A stretch of 36,242 bases of DNA from a bacterium (GTDB lineage: Bacteria > Patescibacteriota > Microgenomatia > Daviesbacterales > UBA10151), in assembly GCA_021786315.1 (NCBI GenBank), contig JAJYNN010000002.1, positions 166,160 to 202,401 on the forward strand, given 5' to 3'. The translations under genes and the position numbers were made by a program. Positions 15,505-22,401 of this stretch are shown one piece after another; position 1 is the first letter of the stretch; every line of letters begins with the position of its first letter. Below the pieces are notes generated by a model. The model made no database searches. It was given only the letters and a program-made list of their open reading frames with translations, and had not been told where the DNA came from.

Positions 15505-16569
15505 ATGATTAGCAAAATATTACGTAAAAAGATTTTTCCTTTAATAGCAGCCGCTTTATTTACTTTGGGTATTGGAGGTACTCAGTTTTTAAATGCTACC
15601 CCGGCATATGCCAACACCACATTCCAGGGCGGTAACTTTTACCTTGATTCCAATACCAATAGCCCGGCCTGGGTTGATCCGGTAACAGCCAATGTGGGGG
15701 ATATTATTGAATTCCATATGGAGATCGATAATACGGGAGCGGAGACGGCCCAGTATGTCAAAGTCCAGGCGACATTCCCAGCTAATGTTTCGGGTACCCA
15801 GTTGGTGTCTACAGCCACGGTGACGGCGGACAACGCCTCCTCGATGACCGATACGGCCACGATTAACGTCAACTCTTCCTCGATTCCGTCGGGAGCCACC
15901 ATAAGCCTGGTTTATTTCCCCGGCCATGCGACCTTGATTACCCATCCGGGGAATGTAACTTCCTCGATTGAGCAAATCGGCACAGGCGGTGTGACTTCCA
16001 TCGGCAGCCTTAATGCAGGTTCAAATGTCTTTGCCGAGGTGCTTTTCAAGGCTCAGATTGTGGCTAACGTCAGCCCGACTGAGACGCCGACACCTACCCC
16101 GACTATAACCGTAACCCCGACTGTAACCGTAACGCCGACTCCCACCGGAACCATCGCTCCAACCCCGACTACCGGTCAAGGTAATGTGGTTTCCTGTCCG
16201 GAAGGCTTTGTCTCGGTAGTGTCCGGATCCAACATTATCTGTATGCAGCAGGTAAACAACCAGTCGGTCAATGTGACCAACAACAATAATAATACCAACA
16301 ACAACAGCGCCACCGGGGGGTCGTCTAACAACACCAACAACATTACCGTGAAGGCTGCAGCCGCTGCCGCAGCAGCTCCTACCCCGGCGCCCGTTGCCTC
16401 TTCAGTCCCTGCTGTTACCCAGTTGCCCAGAACCGGGCTTCCGATGGGGGCATGGCTGCTTTCAGGACTTTTACCGGGAGGGCTTGGCATTAGAAGGTTA
16501 ACCAAGAGGGGACAAGGGAATTCCGACAGCGCCACTTATATCTGGCAAAAAAGAGACTTCGACAAGTAA
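15505..16569 (+). CDS. Secreted LPxTG-type surface protein, paralog A4 (DUF11-like N-terminal domain)
   Basis: Signal peptide ...LNATPAYA. NVGDIIEFHMEIDNTGAETAQYVKVQATFP resembles the DUF11 conserved repeat domain. Then CPEGFVSVVSGSNIICMQQ, an Asn-rich run, and LPRTG + TM + YIWQKRDFDK. Confidence 0.8.
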   Translation: MISKILRKKIFPLIAAALFTLGIGGTQFLNATPAYANTTFQGGNFYLDSNTNSPAWVDPVTANVGDIIEFHMEIDNTGAETAQYVKVQATFPANVSGTQLVSTATVTADNASSMTDTATINVNSSSIPSGATISLVYFPGHATLITHPGNVTSSIEQIGTGGVTSIGSLNAGSNVFAEVLFKAQIVANVSPTETPTPTPTITVTPTVTVTPTPTGTIAPTPTTGQGNVVSCPEGFVSVVSGSNIICMQQVNNQSVNVTNNNNNTNNNSATGGSSNNTNNITVKAAAAAAAAPTPAPVASSVPAVTQLPRTGLPMGAWLLSGLLPGGLGIRRLTKRGQGNSDSATYIWQKRDFDK

Positions 16570-16659
16570 TAATTTAATTCTCAATTTTACAATTTTCAAT
16601 TTTTAAATAATTTTCAAAATCTAAATTTCCAAACAGCTTGAAAATTCGGTCATTGAAAA
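16570..16659. repeat. AT-rich word-repeat block between convergent genes
   Basis: ctcaattttacaattttcaatttttaaataattttcaaaatctaaattt...cttgaaaattcggtcattgaaaatt. The forward and inverted words can pair, so it could act as a bidirectional terminator. Confidence 0.55.
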
Positions 16660-17535
16660 TTACGCTTCCTTCGCAATCCTGTGGCCTTTTCTATGGATGA
16701 GCTTGATTGTTATAAAGAAGAAGATAATGGCGTACAAGACCCCGCTTAAAATGTCTGAAACGTAATGTTCCCCTAAATAGACAACTGAAAACCAAACCCC
16801 CAAGACATAGGGGATAAAGAGGAGGCCTTTTTTGCCGAAGATGGAAACGGCAAAAAGCAGGACCAGGAAGGGATAGGCGGCATGCATGGAAGGGACAGCC
16901 GCCACCATATTGGGGTTCATGTTGTGGTAAAAGGTCGGCAGATCAGCCACCGCCGGGAAAGCGCCTAAAGTCTGGTCCATGATTTTAGTGAGCCCGGTTA
17001 AAAGCCCTTTTTGGGCAGCCATCCAGGGGGGAGCGGCAGGAAAAATAACATAAGTAGCCCAGGCGGCATAGGACATTAGAGATATTCCGGTAATAAATTC
17101 CTTAAAAAATTGGCGTTTGTAGAGCCAAAGCGCGTAGCCAAAAGCCAGGGGCAGGGCAAAGTGGAGGAAATAAAAGATGGTGGCCGTGTAGTCGTACCAG
17201 GCTAAAGACCCGGGATGGAAGATGTGGGATTGCAGCCAGACGGAAGGATTAACCCCAAAAATAATCTGGTCAAATTGAAGCTGGGGAAGGTAATTGACCC
17301 GGGGGTTTAAGACCCCGGCAAATCCCCGCAGCCAATCATAAGAGAGGATTAAAAACAAAAAAGGTATCCAGTCCAAGACAAATGACTTGACCCTTTTAAT
17401 AAAGACGGCGGAAATCAGAAGGACAAACATATAGCGGTCGGGGGCAATGCCAATCCCGAGCTTAATCATCAAAGCTGTGGTGGCTACAATATAGACCACA
17501 AAGAGGGCAATAATAAAGGCGTGGTGCTTTTGCAT
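16660..17535 (-). CDS. PAP2-superfamily polytopic membrane protein (PAP2_3 / Aur1-like)
   Basis: Multiple TMs. The motifs PSMHAAYP and GEHYVSDILSG match the C2/C3 phosphatase motifs of PAP2-type enzymes. Confidence 0.72.
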   Translation of the reverse strand: MQKHHAFIIALFVVYIVATTALMIKLGIGIAPDRYMFVLLISAVFIKRVKSFVLDWIPFLFLILSYDWLRGFAGVLNPRVNYLPQLQFDQIIFGVNPSVWLQSHIFHPGSLAWYDYTATIFYFLHFALPLAFGYALWLYKRQFFKEFITGISLMSYAAWATYVIFPAAPPWMAAQKGLLTGLTKIMDQTLGAFPAVADLPTFYHNMNPNMVAAVPSMHAAYPFLVLLFAVSIFGKKGLLFIPYVLGVWFSVVYLGEHYVSDILSGVLYAIIFFFITIKLIHRKGHRIAKEA

Positions 17536-17620
17536 TAATGATAATGATACTACATATTCGACAAGACCTTGGACTGTGAGGGTGAATCTTGAGTGCCAAG
17601 AATTTGGGGAAGCCTATAAG

Positions 17621-17649
17621 TTTACAAAGGAGTAAACAATTTGTATAAT
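17621..17649 (+). promoter_or_regulatory. Near-consensus sigma-70 promoter abutting the start codon at 17661
   Basis: TTTACA (17621-17626), 17-nt spacer, TATAAT (17644-17649), then 11 nt to the ATG. Confidence 0.6.
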
Positions 17650-17660
17650 CCATCACTATA

Positions 17661-18242
17661 ATGATCAGGGAAAATGAAAGGGGATTTTTCAAGTCAGCCC
17701 AAAAAATTATTTTTAACCCCAGGTCCTGGTTTTTGGCCTCCATTTTTGGAGCCGGGCTTTGTGGTGTGGACATATTAAACGGGGTCAAACCCCATTCTAC
17801 CGATGATACCTGTCGCCAGGGAAATGTCCTGGAAAATGTTTACAGACCTCAAAGGCTGCATGTTTTTTCTCCTTGTATGCGGGCAAAGGGAACGGTTATA
17901 GCATCTTTACCCAATGAGGAGGATGGAGATTGGGATATCGTTATATGGCCTGATCCGGGAAGTTTTGGCCTGTTAGATCTTGGTAATTACCGTCTTGCGG
18001 GAGGATTAATGGTTGAAGTTATTCCCCCAGACCAGGATTCGCTTCATTTGCCGAAAATTGGTGAGCGTATCGCTGTGACGGGAGCTTTTGTTAAGGATAT
18101 CTCGAATGGTTGGAATGAAATCCATCCAACTTGGGGATTGTATATATTAAGCAATAGCCCTCTACCGGAAAGTTTCACCGATGGAGTTCGTGGGGCCATT
18201 CCAAGATTAGAAGAGCTTTTTTATAAACTCCCGCGGCCTTAG
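17661..18242 (+). CDS. Exported hypothetical protein (193 aa)
   Basis: N-terminal hydrophobic segment WFLASIFGAGLCGV. No family recognised and no sortase TLxTC motif. Confidence 0.6.
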   Translation: MIRENERGFFKSAQKIIFNPRSWFLASIFGAGLCGVDILNGVKPHSTDDTCRQGNVLENVYRPQRLHVFSPCMRAKGTVIASLPNEEDGDWDIVIWPDPGSFGLLDLGNYRLAGGLMVEVIPPDQDSLHLPKIGERIAVTGAFVKDISNGWNEIHPTWGLYILSNSPLPESFTDGVRGAIPRLEELFYKLPRP

Positions 18243-18340
18243 AAGAGGATATCCTTTCTTTATCCGAATGGTCGAGATGCCAGCTTGACATCTACTATAA
18301 GATGTGAAATACTATACACAGGTTAAGAAGAGGTCTCCGG

Positions 18341-18452
18341 TTGCAATTTTCAATTTCTAAGACTCAATTTTCAATGAATTTTCAAGGCTATAATTTATAA
18401 ATTTCCTTTTGAGAATTTAGTAATTGGTCCTTCAGTGAAAATTGGTAATTGT
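18341..18452. repeat. AT-rich word-repeat block in the rho upstream region
   Basis: ttgcaattttcaatttctaagactcaattttcaatgaattttcaagg...gaatttagtaattggtcc..gtgaaaattggtaattg. Confidence 0.55.
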
Positions 18453-18471
18453 TACTTGAACATTTTTCCAT

Positions 18472-19830
18472 ATGCCTACGCGTTCATTTAAACCAGCACA
18501 GACTAATGATGATGAGACTAAAGCCCCGAAAGAGGTGGAGGAATTCGTGGGTTCAGATGACCAGAATGTCGGAGTATCAGAGTCTCGGAATAGCGAATCA
18601 GGGGATTCTGACATGCCGGCACGCCGATACTCTGACCAACCGTCCCGTTACGGGAGAGGTGGTTACTCTGACCGGGGATATTCCGAACGTGAGCGGGATG
18701 TGCCGACAGAAGCCGTTTCCGGTGTCTTAGACTTAATGCCGGAAGGACACGGGTTTTTGCGCCCGAAATACACCCCTTCCAACAAGGATGTTTACATCTC
18801 GGCTTCCCAAATCCGCCGTTTTAACATGCGCCCGGGGGATTTAGTGGAAGGTATGGCCAGGCTTCCCAAAGAAAATGAAAGATACCTGGGACTTTTACAG
18901 GTTGATAAAATCAATGGGGTCAGCTCAGAAAAATTTGTTTCCGAGGGGACAACCAAGGTTAAACGGACCCGTTTTGAAGACCTGACTGCCATTTATCCCA
19001 ACAAACATCTCAAATTAGAAACCGGCAAAGCCCCGCTTTCCCAGCGGGTGATCGATTTAGTGGCCCCGATTGGTTTTGGCCAAAGAGGCTTGATTGTGTC
19101 ACCGCCTAAAGCCGGCAAAACCACGATTTTGAAAGATATTGCCGCCGGCATTACCGCCAATCATCCGGATGTAGTTTTAATGGCTGTTTTGGTAGGTGAG
19201 CGCCCGGAAGAGGTGACTGACCTTTCCCGGTCTATCAAAGGTGATGTCATTGCCTCTAACTTTGATGAACCGGCAGAAGCCCAAACAGCAGCCGCTGAGG
19301 TGGCCTTAGAGCGGGCAAAAAGGCTGGTGGAGGAAGGTAAAGACGTAGTCATCCTTTTGGATTCCATTACCCGTTTGGGCCGGGCTTACAACTTATCTGT
19401 TCCGCCTTCCGGAAGGACACTTTCCGGAGGTTTTGATCCGGTCGCGCTTTATCCGCCGAAGAAATTCTTTGGGGCCGCGCGTAACTGTGAAGAGGGAGGA
19501 TCCCTTACTATCATTGGAACAGCCTTGGTGGATACCGGTTCCCGGATGGATGATCTGATCTATGAAGAGTTTAAAGGTACCGGGAACATGGAGCTTCACC
19601 TTGACCGCTCATTGGCGGAAAGAAGGACCTTCCCGGCTATCGACATCGAAGCTTCCGGAACCCGTCAGGAGCAGCTGATGTTTAATGAGGAAACCTACAA
19701 GAAGATGGTGGTCATGCGCCGGATGCTCGGGCTCCTTTCTCCGGGGGAGAGAACCGAAGTATTTTTGGAAAGACTCTCCAAGGCCGGAACTAATGCCGAT
19801 TTCCTCGAATCCCTTAAGGAAGTTAAGTAA
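18472..19830 (+). CDS. rho: Transcription termination factor Rho with a disordered acidic/RGG-like N-terminal extension
   Basis: RNA-binding domain [14 protein letters not shown]...[16 protein letters not shown], Walker [16 protein letters not shown], and C-terminal ...[19 protein letters not shown]. Confidence 0.95.
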   Translation: MPTRSFKPAQTNDDETKAPKEVEEFVGSDDQNVGVSESRNSESGDSDMPARRYSDQPSRYGRGGYSDRGYSERERDVPTEAVSGVLDLMPEGHGFLRPKYTPSNKDVYISASQIRRFNMRPGDLVEGMARLPKENERYLGLLQVDKINGVSSEKFVSEGTTKVKRTRFEDLTAIYPNKHLKLETGKAPLSQRVIDLVAPIGFGQRGLIVSPPKAGKTTILKDIAAGITANHPDVVLMAVLVGERPEEVTDLSRSIKGDVIASNFDEPAEAQTAAAEVALERAKRLVEEGKDVVILLDSITRLGRAYNLSVPPSGRTLSGGFDPVALYPPKKFFGAARNCEEGGSLTIIGTALVDTGSRMDDLIYEEFKGTGNMELHLDRSLAERRTFPAIDIEASGTRQEQLMFNEETYKKMVVMRRMLGLLSPGERTEVFLERLSKAGTNADFLESLKEVK

Positions 19831-19840
19831 TTTTTGTATT

Positions 19841-20099
19841 CACGCTTTTGGCCGCAAAAGCGTGGTAAAACTCTGCTCGCAGAAAGTCGCCCTCAGGCTT
19901 TGCCTGGCACTCACTTCGTTCGTACTAAACCTCGTCGTTTTCTAGTCGGGGGCTCACCCCCTCGGAAATTCTCTCGCTTCGCTCGGTCAGTTTCCGGTTC
20001 CCCCTGACAGAAAACTCCTCGGTTTTTAACGGGCTTGGTTTCAAAGCGAGCAAAAATTACGCTCCTAGTGGCTTTGGGCGTCTTTGCCATCAAAGACGC
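19841..20099 (+). ncRNA. Structured intergenic element, copy 3 of 3, carrying an extra inverted terminal module
   Basis: Hairpin cacgctttt-GGCCGC-aaaagcgtg (19841-19864). Closing helix gctcgc (19875-19880) / gcgagc (20046-20051). Helices gttttct..gtc ggggg (19937-19952) / ccccc tgac agaaaac (20000-20015) and cggaaa (19963-19968) / tttccg (19991-19996). The 3' 32 nt (20068-20099) are the reverse complement of 1086-1117 at 31/32 positions. Confidence 0.5.
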
Positions 20100-20121
20100 A
20101 ATCCGTTTTGTGATAAAATAG

Positions 20122-21255
20122 TTGCTGCCTGTGAACTCTTGGCACCGCGACCTTCGAACCTTTATTAAATTCCTGACCACATACCTTAGAAGTAGGGTGG
20201 TGCTGTTTGCCTTCTACTTTGAAAAACTTAAAAATCACCTGGTTGATTTATTAATGTTTAAACGCGGGGCGTTTCAAAAGAAGGCTTGGCATACAAGCAT
20301 GATCGGTCTTTCCGCTGTGGGGATTGTGACTTCCGGCATCTTCGGCTCCCAGACAATTATCTCGTCCTCTTACCCCGGAGTGGGGGGGCAGGATCCCAGA
20401 TTTGTCAACAACTATGTTTCGGAAGTGAGCAAGGATGACCCGGTCCTCAACTCCCTTTATGATACCCATACCAACGTCTCCAATATCCGGTCGGAAACTA
20501 TCGATTATGAGGTTAAAAGCGGAGACACCTTATCGTCAATTGCCAAACAGTTTGATATTTCCATTGATACCATTAAATGGGCCAATGATTTGGACAACAT
20601 TCACAGCATTAAGCCCGGAGAAAAGTTAAAGATTTTACCGATCACAGGTGTAGTCCATACTGTCAAATCAGGCGATACCTTGGAATCTGTAGCCAAAAAG
20701 TACTCAGCTTCTGCCCAGGCCATTATGGATTATCCGTTCAATGATGTTCCGGATGACATGAGCCTAAAAGTTGGCCAGGTGCTTTACATTCCTGACGGAG
20801 CTCCTCCGGAAAAGCCGGCCCCGGTTCGTGCCAAGCCCACATCGTCATACCTGGCTGAAGGCCCGGCTTCGATTACCTTTAGCGCTCCCGGAGGGGGAAA
20901 CTTCATTTGGCCAACTAAAGGAGTACTTACCCAATACTTCTCCTGGTACCATCCTGGGTTGGATATCGCCAACCCCTCGGGGCCGGTGGATGTGGCCTCG
21001 GATGGAGGTCGGGTAGTGGTGGCCGGCTGGCCGGATAATTGGGGCTTTGGCAACCGGGTGGTGATCGACCACGGAAACGGCTATACCACCACTTATGCCC
21101 ACCTTTCCAATATTTATGTTACCGTTGGCCAGGTTGTCTCCCGGGGGCAGCCAATCGGCCAGATGGGTTCAACCGGCAGGTCAACCGGAACCCACACCCA
21201 CTTTGAAATCAGGTACAAAGGCATTGCGGTTAATCCTCTGGCTATTCTAAAATAA
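20122..21255 (+). CDS. LysM (x2) + M23 family metallopeptidase
   Basis: Two LysM domains (YEVKSGDTLSSIAKQF..., HTVKSGDTLESVAKKY...). M23 motifs HPGLDIA and GSTGRSTGTHTHFEI. The start is uncertain: TTG 20122, GTG 20131 or ATG 20254. An extended -10 TGATAAAAT at 20111-20119 argues against TTG 20122. Confidence 0.88.
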   Translation: MLPVNSWHRDLRTFIKFLTTYLRSRVVLFAFYFEKLKNHLVDLLMFKRGAFQKKAWHTSMIGLSAVGIVTSGIFGSQTIISSSYPGVGGQDPRFVNNYVSEVSKDDPVLNSLYDTHTNVSNIRSETIDYEVKSGDTLSSIAKQFDISIDTIKWANDLDNIHSIKPGEKLKILPITGVVHTVKSGDTLESVAKKYSASAQAIMDYPFNDVPDDMSLKVGQVLYIPDGAPPEKPAPVRAKPTSSYLAEGPASITFSAPGGGNFIWPTKGVLTQYFSWYHPGLDIANPSGPVDVASDGGRVVVAGWPDNWGFGNRVVIDHGNGYTTTYAHLSNIYVTVGQVVSRGQPIGQMGSTGRSTGTHTHFEIRYKGIAVNPLAILK

Positions 21256-21264
21256 AACCCTAGG

Positions 21265-22161
21265 ATGAGCCGAACGAAACTGGGAATATTAACATTGCTT
21301 GGGCTGGGAGTTTTGGTGGGAATTGCCCATCTTATGGGCGGAGGAAAGGTTTTAGGGACTAAGACTTACAGCTTCCAATTTAGAAGCCCCGGACTTTCGT
21401 CGGTAGTCCAAAAGGATCTGCAGGGCAAACAGGGGGACTTTGCTGTCTATATTGAAGACCTAACTTCGGGGGAAAAGTATGATTACAACGGCGCTAAAGT
21501 TTTTCCTGCAGCTTCGCTTTATAAACTGGTGCTCATGGCTGCCGTCTTAAAGGAGGTGGAGGGGGGAAGGATCAAGCTGGATGATACCTTATCTTCCAAT
21601 AAAGCCCACCTTACCCAGGTTTTGGGAGGTGAAGATTTTGGCTATGAAGATGCCCCGGATCCAATCAGCTACTCGGTGGATGAGGCTTTGTCCCGGGTGG
21701 GGAGGATTTCGGACAACTTTGCGGCAATTATGCTCACTGAAAAGCTCAGGCAACTTCCTGATGACGGCTTGCTTTATAAAATGGCTAAGGATTTAGGCAT
21801 GGACCAGACGGATTTTTCAGCTGACCCCATTAATACTACCGCCTTGGATGTTGGCCACTACTTTGGGTTACTTTATCAGGGTAAGGTAGTCTCGCCTTCG
21901 ATTTCGGAAAAGATTGTTGGATATTTAGGTTTATCTAAAATTAATGACCGGATACCGGCGGGGGTGCCGGATAATGTCCGGGTGGTGCACAAAACGGGGG
22001 AGTTGGCCCATGTCAGGCATGATGCCGGGATAGTTTACCTGGAAGGAAGGCCATATATTTTGGTCATGCTCAGCCAGAATATTCCCTATGAGGATGACGG
22101 AATTGATAACCTGGTCCAAATATCTAAAGACGTTTACAATTACTTTGCCCAAAAGCACTAA
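21265..22161 (+). CDS. Class A beta-lactamase-like serine hydrolase
   Basis: SxxK (ASLYK), SDN (ISDNFAA) and KTG (HKTGEL) motifs in canonical order. N-terminal signal anchor. Confidence 0.8.
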   Translation: MSRTKLGILTLLGLGVLVGIAHLMGGGKVLGTKTYSFQFRSPGLSSVVQKDLQGKQGDFAVYIEDLTSGEKYDYNGAKVFPAASLYKLVLMAAVLKEVEGGRIKLDDTLSSNKAHLTQVLGGEDFGYEDAPDPISYSVDEALSRVGRISDNFAAIMLTEKLRQLPDDGLLYKMAKDLGMDQTDFSADPINTTALDVGHYFGLLYQGKVVSPSISEKIVGYLGLSKINDRIPAGVPDNVRVVHKTGELAHVRHDAGIVYLEGRPYILVMLSQNIPYEDDGIDNLVQISKDVYNYFAQKH

Positions 22162-22185
22162 TTTCTGGTAAAATATCAAGGTTAA

Positions 22186-22257
22186 GGGCCCGTGGTCTAG
22201 CGGTACGACGTCTCTATGGCATAGAGAAGGTGAGGGGTTCGACTCCCCTCGGGTCCA
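22186..22257 (+). tRNA. tRNA-Ala (anticodon GGC)
   Basis: Manual cloverleaf fold. Acceptor GGGCCCG/CGGGTCC with the G3:U70 alanine identity pair. Anticodon arm TCTCT-ATGGCAT-AGAGA. T arm AGGGG-TTCGACT-CCCCT. No encoded CCA. Confidence 0.88.
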
Positions 22258-22261
22258 CCCA

Positions 22262-22332
22262 GGGCTTGTAGGTAAACGGCATACCGGTACATTCGCATTG
22301 TACAGTTCCGGGTCCAATTCCCGGCAAGTCCA
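22262..22332 (+). tRNA. tRNA-Ala (anticodon CGC)
   Basis: Acceptor GGGCTTG/CAAGTCC with G3:U70. D arm GGTA-AACGGCA-TACC. Anticodon arm GTACA-TTCGCAT-TGTAC. T arm CCGGG-TCCAATT-CCCGG, an unusual T loop. Lies 4 nt after the previous tRNA. Confidence 0.8.
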
Positions 22333-22401
22333 CAAATACTTGTTTGTTGAGAAATACAGAAGGATTTACCCTAACTACTTACTGCTGATCCCTTAATACT
22401 A

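Noticed and set aside
17661-18242. Exported 193-aa protein considered as the missing sortase for the LPxTG cluster
   Set aside because: It has no TLxTC catalytic motif or conserved His/Arg pattern, and its length and sequence do not resemble sortases.
19841-20121. Copy 3 of the structured element considered as a cyclic-di-AMP (ydaO-type) riboswitch, because it precedes a LysM/M23 cell-wall hydrolase
   Set aside because: I could not find the conserved ydaO core strings (e.g. ACGGGGA..CCCA, CCGA..CAGCUAACC..CGUA). The other two copies are not upstream of comparable genes. Only a cmsearch could settle it.
21931-22335. 134-aa minus-strand ORF
   Set aside because: It lies antisense to the 3' end of the beta-lactamase-like gene and to both tRNA-Ala genes, so it is a shadow ORF.
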